Notes under the pieces: generated by a model
Database searches by the model: none
Told to the model about the DNA's origin: nothing
The model's input: only the letters and a program-made list of their open reading frames with translations
Assembly: GCA_002422365.1 (NCBI GenBank)
Contig: DIUO01000031.1
Span: forward strand, 100,187 to 157,564
Source of the DNA: Proteobacteria bacterium UBA6156
GTDB taxonomy: Bacteria > Pseudomonadota > Alphaproteobacteria > UBA2136 > UBA6156
DNA length: 57,378 nucleotides
Direction of reading: 5' to 3'
Shown here: piece after piece, positions 20,262-28,819 of the stretch
Layout: each line of letters opens with the position of its first letter
Position numbering within the stretch: position 1 is the first letter of the stretch
Program-made: the position numbers and the translations under genes

Positions 20262-20897
20262 TTAGAAGGTTTTCATCAAATTCAGCATGACGCCGCCACG
20301 GGTACTGACCCCGGCTTCCCAGAGGTAATCCCCCCAGAATTGCCGCAGCATCGGCGTGGCACTCCACGTCTTGGCTTCACCGGGCGTATGGTCTACCTGA
20401 AGCATCAGCCAGCTATGCAGGCCTCCGGCTTCCGCAATGTACGGAGCAACCCCGACCCGCGCAGATTGCCAGAGGAAGTCCGGCCCGTTGGCCGTGGTTT
20501 GGAAATTAGTACCGGCCTGCGTATAAAACCGCCGGTCTTCCCAATCCACTGAGGCACCGCCCCAACCGCTCAAACGGGTCTTGTCGTCAATGAAGGTGGG
20601 GCCTGCCCCGCCACTCACATAGACATTCGCTTGGCTATCCGGGTAGTTCCAGCGCCAGCCCCGCGTCACCTGCGGGCCGTGGGTGTTGTAATCATCCTGC
20701 CGGTAATTGGTATCAGCCCAGCCGACAGCCCAGTTTTTGTTAATCGTATAGTCGGTATGAACCATATCCATTAAAGGATCATGGCCCACCATGACATTCA
20801 CGCCTCCAGGGTAGGTAATGGGCCTCGCCCACACCGCCAAGGGCAGCGTCCCGGCCAAAAGGCCGGAGATCGCTGCAAGTTGATATGACGGACGCAT
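20262..20897 (-). CDS. Putative outer-membrane beta-barrel protein, unknown family
   Basis: Signal-like N-terminus, alternating aromatic/Gly beta-strand pattern, and a C-terminal ...VMLNLMKTF ending in Phe. It sits 2 nt downstream of the preceding gene in the operon. Confidence 0.55.
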   Translation of the reverse strand: MRPSYQLAAISGLLAGTLPLAVWARPITYPGGVNVMVGHDPLMDMVHTDYTINKNWAVGWADTNYRQDDYNTHGPQVTRGWRWNYPDSQANVYVSGGAGPTFIDDKTRLSGWGGASVDWEDRRFYTQAGTNFQTTANGPDFLWQSARVGVAPYIAEAGGLHSWLMLQVDHTPGEAKTWSATPMLRQFWGDYLWEAGVSTRGGVMLNLMKTF

Positions 20898-20899
20898 GG

Positions 20900-21082
20900 C
20901 TACTTTCCTGCGGTTGTCGGGCTTGTCGTGGAAACGACAGCCTGAGGCCTCACGTTCCCGATGTCATAGGCCGCAAAGCGGTGCCAGATGCCATGCGCCT
21001 TACCACTTGTTGCTGTTTCGGCACTTGCCGCACTGGCAAGGCTCCATGAGGCTAATACAGCCATCATTATAACGATTTTCAT
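20900..21082 (-). CDS. Small secreted protein (60 aa), unknown
   Basis: ATG 21082 gives MKIVIMMAVLASWSLASAASA followed by a short mature peptide containing His and Trp. Confidence 0.4.
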   Translation of the reverse strand: MKIVIMMAVLASWSLASAASAETATSGKAHGIWHRFAAYDIGNVRPQAVVSTTSPTTAGK

Positions 21083-21148
21083 AGGTAATATCCTTAATTC
21101 GTTTAACGCAAAGCCAACCAGCACCATGCTGGTAGCCTTAATCAGGCG

Positions 21149-21511
21149 TTAAGCGAAGTTGGGAGGAGGGGTTGGAACACTCTGGCCGCGGCTGAACATA
21201 AGCTGGCTGCCATGCTCAACCGGACCGTCAAAGGCAAGCGGAGCCTCAAAGAAAGCAGGAAGCGGCTCCAACAAAGCGGAAGTCGCCAGCCCGTAACAGG
21301 ACAAAGCACACTTGCCGATATCCATTTTCATCATACTGGATTTGCTGGAAGGGCAATCGCTCATATTCATGCCTGGCATGTCCATGGAAGCCTGTTGGGA
21401 ACTCATCATGGAAGCCTGCTGGCCTACTCCAACAGCAAAGGAACTGGACGCAAAACCAACCCAGGCCATAACAATGGCCATCGCAAGAAGGGCGAGTCGG
21501 GTTTGTTTCAT
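21149..21511 (-). CDS. CzcI-like small periplasmic Met-rich protein
   Basis: Signal peptide, Met-rich stretches (QQASMMSSQQASMDMPGMNMSDCPSSKSSMMKMD), the motif CALSC, and a C-terminal PTPPPNFA tail. Confidence 0.55.
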   Translation of the reverse strand: MKQTRLALLAMAIVMAWVGFASSSFAVGVGQQASMMSSQQASMDMPGMNMSDCPSSKSSMMKMDIGKCALSCYGLATSALLEPLPAFFEAPLAFDGPVEHGSQLMFSRGQSVPTPPPNFA

Positions 21512-21680
21512 TACCTATTATTATAGGAGCTGGCGAAAGCGATTGCAAACAGTGAATTTATCCATGGAATCATTAGTATGACCAATGTTTACCGGAAAGT
21601 GACAGGGGGCAACAAATGCAGGATATAGATTACGCCGAAAACTTGACAATCTTCGTTTAAGGTTCATGCTGACCCTATAC

Positions 21681-22079
21681 ATGAAAAAGCTGCTTGCCAT
21701 TGCCGTGTTCTCATTGGGCCTCTTTGTAGGCCTGCCGAGCTTCGCCATGGCTCACGTAAATACCCCGCATGACGTTCAGCCAGCAGTTTCTTCTCCCATA
21801 CAGACTTCCCAGCAAGCCCGCACGGAAAGCAAAAGCTTTGGCGTCATTGCGTCTGCCGATAAGCAGGTCCAGGAAAAAGCCAACCCCGGCAAGTGTCCCT
21901 GCGGCAAGGATTGTGCAAAATGTATGTGTTCCATGGCGACTTGCTGCCAGTTCATGGGCAAAACAGCCAGTAACCTTAATCTGCCTATTCTCAATAAAGA
22001 GGATAGCCAGGATATCGCTGAATTTTTGGTTTACGGCTTATCGCCGGAAACCTTGGCCGAACCTCCCCGAATTTCCTAA
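21681..22079 (+). CDS. CzcI-like small periplasmic Cys-rich protein
   Basis: ATG 21681 gives MKKLLAIAVFSLGLFVGLPSFAMA, the Cys cluster KCPCGKDCAKCMCSMATCCQF, and a C-terminal LAEPPRIS tail. Confidence 0.55.
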   Translation: MKKLLAIAVFSLGLFVGLPSFAMAHVNTPHDVQPAVSSPIQTSQQARTESKSFGVIASADKQVQEKANPGKCPCGKDCAKCMCSMATCCQFMGKTASNLNLPILNKEDSQDIAEFLVYGLSPETLAEPPRIS

Positions 22080-22180
22080 CTCATCACCGCCTTGTGCGGC
22101 CCTTTGACGCGGCGTGGTGCCCGTCAGAGTATATGGCCGCATAAGTATCTCAATTCCAATGATGAATAGGAAACAATACT

Positions 22181-22456
22181 ATGAAAACAATCTCTAAAAT
22201 CAGCTTTGCCATACTTGCGCTGGGCTTTGTCACCGTCGCCAATGTTCATGCCGAAGAAGTCATGACTGTGGATGAAAAGCTGGAAGCCTTCCGTGATGGT
22301 AAGGCGGGCGTCTATGGCGTCAGCCCCGCTACCGATATCGGCAACGTCATTCACCATGAAAACGGCGAAAAGAAGAAGATGAACTGCGCCGACATGCCCC
22401 ACAAAGGCATGAAGATGGACATGAAAGACTGCGAGAAGACGGAGAAAGCCAAATAA
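22181..22456 (+). CDS. Small periplasmic Met/His-rich protein (putative copper binder)
   Basis: Signal peptide MKTISKISFAILALGFVTVANVHA, then HHENGEKKKMNCADMPHKGMKMDMKDCEK. Confidence 0.5.
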   Translation: MKTISKISFAILALGFVTVANVHAEEVMTVDEKLEAFRDGKAGVYGVSPATDIGNVIHHENGEKKKMNCADMPHKGMKMDMKDCEKTEKAK

Positions 22457-22528
22457 GCCTGAAAGCCGTAGGCTCTTTCCCATCCGGGCAGGAGCCTACC
22501 CCTTATATAGTTCAAAAAGGTCATTCTA

Positions 22529-24184
22529 ATGCCAATTATCATAAAACGAACCATCGGTAGCATGGCGGCTGCCTGCCTGATGGCGGTATTCGCCTATTCA
22601 TCCGCCCTGGCGGCAACTACCGAATATACGCTGAACATCGCCCGCCAGCCGGTCAACATCACCGGCAAGCCGATTGAAAAAGTTACCGTCAACGGCGGTA
22701 TCCCGGCACCTACCCTAAGGTTTAGGGAAGGGGATGAAGCGGTGATCCACGTCACCAACACCATGAAGGAGGATTCCTCCATTCACTGGCACGGCCTTAT
22801 CCTGCCGGGTGGGATGGACGGGGTTCCCGGCCTGAACGGTTTTGCCGGTATCAAACCCGGCAAGACTTTCACCTATCGCTTTCCGCTGAAGCAAACCGGC
22901 ACCTACTGGTATCACGCCCACTCGGAAGGGCAGGAACAGGACGGCCTCTACGGCTCCATCATTGTTGATCCTAAGGGCAAAGACCCCATCAAGGCCGACC
23001 GCGATTACGTTGTAGTGGTGTCGGACTTCACACCTGAAAAATCAGGTGATGTGATGAAGAACCTGAAGATGGACTCCGAGTATTACGCCAACGCCCGCCG
23101 CACGATGGGAGACTTCTGGCGTGATGTGAAGGCCAAGGGCTTCAGCAAGGCATGGGAGAACTCCAAGATGTGGGGGCAGATGCGTATGGCGCAAACCGAC
23201 CTCGCGGACGTGACCGGCTACACCTTCCTCATCAACGGCAAAAGCCCGGACCAGAACTGGACAGGCTTGTTCAAGCCGGGCGAGAAAGTGCGCCTGCGCT
23301 TTATCAACGCCTCCGCCATGTCGTTTTTCGACGTGCGGATACCGGACCTGAAAATGAGCGTGGTGCAGTCGGACGGCCAGAACGTGGAGCCGGTGGCGGT
23401 GGATGACTTCCGCTTTGCCCCTGCTGAAACCTATGACGTGGTGGTGACGCCAAAAGACGACAAGGCCTATACCATTGCCGCCGAGCCGATTGACCGTACC
23501 GGCTTTGCCTTGGCTACACTTGCGCCGCGTGAGGGGATGAAAGGTGAAGTTCCCGCCCAGCGTAAACGTGCGCTCCTAACCATGAGCGACATGGGCAGCA
23601 TGGACGATATGGACATGGGCGACATGACCATGACCCCTGCAGACATGGTGAGCGGCTGGGCCAAAACCGGCGCACCGGCTGGCGACAAGGTGCTGGACTA
23701 CGCCGACCTTCGTTACGCAGGTATCCAGAAGGATACGCGCGAACCGGGCCGTACCATCGACGTGCGCTTGGGCGGAAACATGGAGCGTTACATCTGGACG
23801 ATCAACGGCAAGAAGTTTTCGGAAGCCGAACCCATCCGCCTGAAATACGGCGAACGGGTGAGGCTGAACTTCACCAACGAAACCATGATGGCGCACCCCA
23901 TGCACCTGCACGGCATGTTTGTGCAGTTGGAGAACGGCCAGCCTGCCGAGAAGCTTCCCAACAAGCACACCGTCATTGTGCCTCCGGGGAAATCCTATTC
24001 GGTCTTGCTGACGGCGGATGAAGTGGGAGAGTGGGCGTTCCATTGCCACCTGCTGTACCACATGATGTCCGGCATGATGACTACGGCAGTTGTCGCCAAG
24101 CTGGATGCCGCCGACATGCCGCAGCAGGCAAAACCTCAACCCCAATCTATGAAAATGGAGGGCATGAATCATGGCAGCCACTAA
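22529..24184 (+). CDS. pcoA: Periplasmic multicopper oxidase (CopA/PcoA family)
   Basis: All four copper-ligand motifs are present: HWHGL, WYHAHS, HPMHLHG and HCHLLYHMMSGMM. A Met/Asp-rich insert reads MSDMGSMDDMDMGDMTM. Confidence 0.9.
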   Translation: MPIIIKRTIGSMAAACLMAVFAYSSALAATTEYTLNIARQPVNITGKPIEKVTVNGGIPAPTLRFREGDEAVIHVTNTMKEDSSIHWHGLILPGGMDGVPGLNGFAGIKPGKTFTYRFPLKQTGTYWYHAHSEGQEQDGLYGSIIVDPKGKDPIKADRDYVVVVSDFTPEKSGDVMKNLKMDSEYYANARRTMGDFWRDVKAKGFSKAWENSKMWGQMRMAQTDLADVTGYTFLINGKSPDQNWTGLFKPGEKVRLRFINASAMSFFDVRIPDLKMSVVQSDGQNVEPVAVDDFRFAPAETYDVVVTPKDDKAYTIAAEPIDRTGFALATLAPREGMKGEVPAQRKRALLTMSDMGSMDDMDMGDMTMTPADMVSGWAKTGAPAGDKVLDYADLRYAGIQKDTREPGRTIDVRLGGNMERYIWTINGKKFSEAEPIRLKYGERVRLNFTNETMMAHPMHLHGMFVQLENGQPAEKLPNKHTVIVPPGKSYSVLLTADEVGEWAFHCHLLYHMMSGMMTTAVVAKLDAADMPQQAKPQPQSMKMEGMNHGSH

Positions 24185-24893
24185 ACTTACCGTCACGGCA
24201 GCCCTGCTGGGCTTGGCGTTTACGGCTCAGGCCGAAGACATGAAGCACGACATGGCGATGGAACACGGCGGCAACGTCAACCATATGTTCCGGCTGGAAA
24301 CCGATTATGGCGCCAGCGAGGAAGGTGGCCTTGCGACATGGGATCTCGACGGCTGGGTGGGAACCGATGAAAACAAGCTCTGGCTGAAAAGCGAGGGCAC
24401 CCATACGGACGGTGAGCTGGAAGACGGTGAATTCTGGGGCATGTACAGCCGCAACATCGCCACCTTCTGGGACGCCCAAGCCGGTATCCGCATGGATGCA
24501 GGCCCGGATGCTGCCACCTACGGGGTTTTGGGGGTTACGGGGCTGGCTCCGTATTACTTTGAAACCGAGGCGCATATGTTCGTCAGCACCAAGGGGGACG
24601 TAACCGCCCGCCTGCGGGAGGAAAACGACTTCCTCCTTACGCAAAAGCTCATTCTCCAACCCTACGCGGAAGTGAACCTTGCCGCGCAGGATGTGCCGGA
24701 GCGTGACTTGGGCGCTGGCCTGACCGACGGCAAAATAGGCCTGCAAACCCGCTATGAGTTCACCAAGAAATTCGCGCCCTATGTGGATCTCCACTATGGC
24801 CGGAAGTTCGGGGAAACCTCATCCCTCGCCAAGCAACACGGCGAAGATGACAACGGATTCGTCGGCGCGGTCGGCCTGCGCCTGATGTTCTAA
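24171..24893 (+). CDS. pcoB: Copper resistance outer-membrane protein (CopB/PcoB family)
   Basis: Overlaps the pcoA end. It has a signal peptide, a Met/His-rich N-terminus (EDMKHDMAMEHGGNVNHM) and a CopB-like barrel (GWVGTDENKLWLKSEG ... GLRLMF). Confidence 0.85.
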   Translation: MAATKLTVTAALLGLAFTAQAEDMKHDMAMEHGGNVNHMFRLETDYGASEEGGLATWDLDGWVGTDENKLWLKSEGTHTDGELEDGEFWGMYSRNIATFWDAQAGIRMDAGPDAATYGVLGVTGLAPYYFETEAHMFVSTKGDVTARLREENDFLLTQKLILQPYAEVNLAAQDVPERDLGAGLTDGKIGLQTRYEFTKKFAPYVDLHYGRKFGETSSLAKQHGEDDNGFVGAVGLRLMF

Positions 24894-24934
24894 CAACTAT
24901 CCAACCTAACAAATCAAAACCAAAGGAAACTATA

Positions 24935-25609
24935 ATGAAAAACGTAATGCTCACCTCCGCCTCCGTACTGGCCCTTACCCTCCTGGCAAGCCCCGCCTTC
25001 GCCAAGGAATATATCGTCAAGGAGGAAGGCGTAGCCTTCCAGCCCAGCAAGCTCACTATCCAGCCGGGAGACACCATGACCTTTGTGAACACCGAGGACA
25101 AAAAGCATGATGTCATGTTCGTCAGCGTCCCCAAGGGCGTGGACGAAATGATTATGAGTCCCATGCTGAAGAAGGATGAAAAGTTCTCCTACACCTTCAC
25201 CGTTCCCGGCACCTACCAATTCCACTGCCACCCACATGAGGAAGCAGGCATGAAGGGCACCCTGATTGTCGGCGCACCGTCAAAGCCCGGTGAAACCGTA
25301 ACCATGGATCACCATAAAATGGGTGTCAGCGCAGAAAAGGGTGCCCCCGCCAAGGTAGCTCCCGCCGCAGGTGCCAACGCCGCCGCAGGCCCGCAAGCCA
25401 CCGGTACCGTGAACAGCGTGGATGCCGCAGGCCGCACCCTGAACGTCACCCATGATCCCATCAAAGCCCTCGGCTGGCCGAAGATGAAGATGCAGTTCAC
25501 CGTGGATGCAGGCGTTGACCTCAGTACCGTCAAGGCGGGCGATAAGGTAGGCTTCACCCTCAAAGGCACAGGCGATGACTACACCATCTCCGAAGTCCAC
25601 AAGCAATAA
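24935..25609 (+). CDS. Fusion protein: type-1 cupredoxin (plastocyanin/pseudoazurin-like) plus a CusF-like Cu(I)-binding domain
   Basis: The N-terminal domain carries H-C-H-M ligands (KKHDVMF; YQFHCHPHEEAGMKG). An Ala/Pro linker follows. The C-terminal domain reads TGTVNSVDAAGRTLNVTHDPIKALGWPKMKMQFTV ... GDKVGF, typical of CusF-like proteins. Confidence 0.75.
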   Translation: MKNVMLTSASVLALTLLASPAFAKEYIVKEEGVAFQPSKLTIQPGDTMTFVNTEDKKHDVMFVSVPKGVDEMIMSPMLKKDEKFSYTFTVPGTYQFHCHPHEEAGMKGTLIVGAPSKPGETVTMDHHKMGVSAEKGAPAKVAPAAGANAAAGPQATGTVNSVDAAGRTLNVTHDPIKALGWPKMKMQFTVDAGVDLSTVKAGDKVGFTLKGTGDDYTISEVHKQ

Positions 25610-25615
25610 GGAGCC

Positions 25616-26158
25616 ATGATGGGTTCAAACCTTAACCCCTCTCAACGCTACGATACCGTGAGCCAGTCCTTGCACTGGCTCATGGCCTTTCTTCTTATCG
25701 GTATGCTGGTCATGGGATTAACCTTTGAAACCATTCCCGACGAATGGCGCAAATCCGCAGTCACCACCCACAAGGCTACCGGTATCCTGTTGCTGGGTTT
25801 GGTGTTGATGCGTGTCCTCTGGCGGTTTATCAAGCCTGCGCCCGCCTTGCTACCCGCTCCGCGCCCGCAAAAGATCATGGCAACTCTCACCCATGGCATC
25901 CTCTATGGCTTGATGGTCATTATCCCCTTGCTGGGATTGCTGATGGTGTCGGCCAGAGGCCGTGCCGTGGACTTTTTCGGCCTTGTCCAAATCCCGCCAC
26001 TGATTGCTGAAAGCGATACCGTGGGCGCCGCTTTTTATAAGTGGCATGTGCTTGGGGCGTATATTTTGATTGGCTTGATCTGCCTGCATATTGTTGGTGC
26101 GCTATATCACAGCTTCATCCTCAAGGATGGAACGCTACGGCGTATGACCGATGCCTAA
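25616..26158 (+). CDS. Cytochrome b561 family membrane protein
   Basis: 180 aa with 4 TM helices. Conserved His residues sit in the expected places (SLHWLMAF; TTHKATG; KWHVLGAY; LHIVGALYH). Confidence 0.8.
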   Translation: MMGSNLNPSQRYDTVSQSLHWLMAFLLIGMLVMGLTFETIPDEWRKSAVTTHKATGILLLGLVLMRVLWRFIKPAPALLPAPRPQKIMATLTHGILYGLMVIIPLLGLLMVSARGRAVDFFGLVQIPPLIAESDTVGAAFYKWHVLGAYILIGLICLHIVGALYHSFILKDGTLRRMTDA

Positions 26159-26200
26159 TGAAATATTCTGACGACTGTCAGGCTTTTTTACTTGCTGAAA

Positions 26201-26236
26201 TATACCCTGTGGGGGTATATACCCCCACAGGGTATA
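26201..26236. promoter_or_regulatory. 36-bp perfect palindrome made of two abutting CsoR-type operator half-sites
   Basis: TATACCCTGTGGGGGTAT|ATACCCCCACAGGGTATA. Each 17-mer has ATACCC-N5-GGGTAT arms. It lies 15 nt upstream of the csoR start and overlaps its RBS region. Confidence 0.75.
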
Positions 26237-26250
26237 AAGGAGATAGAATC

Positions 26251-26544
26251 ATGACCCATAAGCATCCTTCGTATAAAGACAGCCTGCCGCTGCTAAACCG
26301 TATTTCCGGGCAGTTGAATGGAGCAGGTAAAATGATAGAGGAGGGGCGGTACTGTCCTGATATCCTTAACCAGCTCCGGGCATCACGAGCCGCGCTAAGG
26401 ACGTTGGAAGGGCGTATTTTGGAACAGCATTTAAGGGCATGCGTCTGCGAAACATTTGAAGGTGGCGACAAGGCATCCAAAGACAGCAAGATTGAAGAAT
26501 TGCTAGACCTCTTTCGCCGGTACGATAACGATGCACAAGGATAG
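26251..26544 (+). CDS. csoR: CsoR/RcnR-family metal-sensing repressor (Cu(I)-type C-H-C ligand set)
   Basis: ATG 26251 follows AAAGGAG. The product shows LNRISGQLNGAGKMIEEGRYCPDILNQL and EQHLRAC (Cys ... His-x3-Cys). The ORF-track start at 26041 is rejected. Confidence 0.85.
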   Translation: MTHKHPSYKDSLPLLNRISGQLNGAGKMIEEGRYCPDILNQLRASRAALRTLEGRILEQHLRACVCETFEGGDKASKDSKIEELLDLFRRYDNDAQG

Positions 26545-26554
26545 GAAAAACACC

Positions 26555-28777
26555 ATGGAACACCACCACGACCACACAAAACATTCTTGCTGCTCTCCTA
26601 AACCGGCGGAGAGCCATGATCACAAGGCATGTGAACATCATCATGCCAAGCCTGCACACGCGGTTGATAAAGAAGCAATCTACACCTGTCCCATGCACCC
26701 GCAAATTCGCCAGAAAGGCCCCGGCAGCTGCCCTATCTGCGGCATGACGCTGGAACCGGAGAACGCCGCCCAGGCAGCAGACGACGGCGAACTGCGCGAC
26801 ATGACCCGGCGCTTCTGGATATCCGCCGTTCTCTCGGCGCCGCTGGCGCTGGCAGTGATGGTGCTGCACTGGCCCGGATTTCCTTATGCTTGGCTGAGTC
26901 ACAATACCGGCTATATGTGGGTTCAGTTGGCTTTGGCGACGCCTGTGGTGGCCTGGGGCGGCTGGCCGTTCTTCGTAAAAGGCGTGCAATCTTTCAAGAC
27001 CTTGCGCTTCAATATGTTTACGCTGATCGCCTTGGGCGTAGGCGTTGCCTACGGCTATAGCCTGTTTGCCAGTTTCTTCCCGCAGATGGTGGCGACGAGT
27101 GGCATGGAAATGCCCGACCTCTACTACGAAGCCGCGGCAGTCATCATAACCCTGGTACTGCTGGGACAGGTGCTGGAACTGAAAGCCCGCAACCAGACCG
27201 GTGCCGCCGTGCGCGAACTGCTGGAGCTGGCGCCTGATATCGCCTACCTCATTCACCCGGATGGCCGGGAAGAGGAAGTTCCCCTGTCGCAGGTGCAAGT
27301 GGGCGACCTGCTGCGCGTGCGCCCCGGCGGGCGCGTGCCGGTGGATGGCATTGTGCAGGAAGGCTCCGCCAGCGTGGATCAATCCATGATGACTGGCGAA
27401 CCGGTGCCGGTGGAGTGCAAGGCGGGCGATAAAGTCGTCGGCGGAACCATCCTGACGGGCGGCAGCTTCATCATGCGGGCGGAAAAGGTCGGCGGGGAAA
27501 CCCTGCTGTCGCGCATCGTCGAATTGGTCGGCAAGGCCCAGCGCAGCCGCGCCCCCATCCAGAAGCTGGTGGATACTGTCTCCGCGTGGTTTGTGCCGCT
27601 GGTATTGGCGGTAGCACTGCTATCCGCATCGGCATGGTGGTATTTCGGGCCGGAGCCGCACCTTACCTATGCACTGTTGGCGGCGGTGGCAGTGCTTATC
27701 ATTGCCTGCCCCTGCGCCTTGGGTTTGGCAACGCCCATGTCGATCATGGTCGGCACCGGGCGCGGTGCCAAATCCGGCGTCCTCATCCGCGATGCCGAGG
27801 CGCTGGAAGTGCTGGGCAAGGTGGATACCCTCCTTATCGACAAGACGGGTACCCTGACGCTGGGCAAGCCGGTGCTGGGAGACGTGGTGGCGCAAAAGGG
27901 ATTCACGGAAGAAGAGGTGCTGACTCTTGCCGCCGCCTTGGAACAAAACAGCGAACACCCCATGTCCGCCGCCGTGGTGGCGGGGGCGCAGGCCAAGGGG
28001 CTGAAGCTACCCGCCGTGATGGACTTCAAGTCCGACTCCGGCAAAGGCATTCGCGGCACAGTCGGCAAAAAGCGCCTGGTGTTGGGCAACGCCATGCTGC
28101 TGGCGGAGGAAAAGATCGACCTAGGCCCGCTCACCAAGCACGCGGAAACCCTCCGCGCCGAAGGCAGTACGGTGGTGTTTCTGGGCGTGGACGGCAAGTT
28201 GGCCGGGCTACTGGCCGCCGCCGATCCCATCAAGGAAGATGCCGCCTCTGCTATTGAGCAACTCAAAGCGCTTGGCGTAAATGTCGTCATGGTGACGGGT
28301 GACAACCGTACCACCGCTCAGGCTGTTGCCGGAAAGTTGGGTATCTCGCAGGTGGAAGCAGATATCCTGCCCGATCAGAAAAATGCCATTGTCCAGAAAT
28401 ACCAGCAGCAGGGTCACACTGTCGCCATGTCCGGTGACGGTGTGAACGACGCCCCGGCACTGGCACAGGCCCACGTCGGCATAGCCATGGGTACGGGCAC
28501 GGACATCGCCATGGAAAGCTCCGGCGTGACGCTGGTGAAGGGAGATGTGGCCGGGATTGTAAGGGCCATTCACCTCAGCCGCGCCACCATGGCCAACATC
28601 CGGCAGAACCTATTCCTGGCGTTCATCTACAATGGACTCAGCGTGCCGGTGGCGGCGGGGGTATTCTATCCGCTGTTCGGCTGGACACTCAGCCCAATCA
28701 TAGCCAGCGCGGCCATGGCCCTGAGTTCGGTCTCGGTAATCGGTAACGCCATAAGGCTCAAATCGGTCAAACTGTAA
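26555..28777 (+). CDS. copA: P1B-type Cu(I)/Ag(I)-translocating ATPase with a His-rich, CxxC-containing N-terminus
   Basis: ATG 26555 lies just after the csoR stop. The N-terminus reads MEHHHDHTKHSCC ... YTCPMHPQIRQKGPGSCPICGM. Other motifs are the TM CPC (IIACPCALGLATP), DKTGTLT and GDGVNDAP. Confidence 0.9.
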   Translation: MEHHHDHTKHSCCSPKPAESHDHKACEHHHAKPAHAVDKEAIYTCPMHPQIRQKGPGSCPICGMTLEPENAAQAADDGELRDMTRRFWISAVLSAPLALAVMVLHWPGFPYAWLSHNTGYMWVQLALATPVVAWGGWPFFVKGVQSFKTLRFNMFTLIALGVGVAYGYSLFASFFPQMVATSGMEMPDLYYEAAAVIITLVLLGQVLELKARNQTGAAVRELLELAPDIAYLIHPDGREEEVPLSQVQVGDLLRVRPGGRVPVDGIVQEGSASVDQSMMTGEPVPVECKAGDKVVGGTILTGGSFIMRAEKVGGETLLSRIVELVGKAQRSRAPIQKLVDTVSAWFVPLVLAVALLSASAWWYFGPEPHLTYALLAAVAVLIIACPCALGLATPMSIMVGTGRGAKSGVLIRDAEALEVLGKVDTLLIDKTGTLTLGKPVLGDVVAQKGFTEEEVLTLAAALEQNSEHPMSAAVVAGAQAKGLKLPAVMDFKSDSGKGIRGTVGKKRLVLGNAMLLAEEKIDLGPLTKHAETLRAEGSTVVFLGVDGKLAGLLAAADPIKEDAASAIEQLKALGVNVVMVTGDNRTTAQAVAGKLGISQVEADILPDQKNAIVQKYQQQGHTVAMSGDGVNDAPALAQAHVGIAMGTGTDIAMESSGVTLVKGDVAGIVRAIHLSRATMANIRQNLFLAFIYNGLSVPVAAGVFYPLFGWTLSPIIASAAMALSSVSVIGNAIRLKSVKL

Positions 28778-28807
28778 AAGAAGGCCCTTTGGGCCTTCTT
28801 CATTTTT
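28778..28807. terminator. Bidirectional rho-independent terminator
   Basis: AAGAAGGCCC-TTT-GGGCCTTCTT followed by CATTTTT, located between the convergent copA and DUF305 genes. Confidence 0.65.
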
Positions 28808-28819
28808 CGCATACAGGCC

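Noticed and set aside
21512-21680. I looked for a third MerR-type or CsoR-type operator in the divergent promoter region between the two CzcI-like genes. A TTGACA lies at about 21645 and a CCTAT-TATT-ATAGG mini-palindrome near 21515.
   Set aside because: I found no CTCTAG-N3-CTAGAG or ATACCC-N5-GGGTAT site and no convincing -10 element at 17-19 nt from the TTGACA. The 5-bp palindrome is too short to be meaningful by itself.
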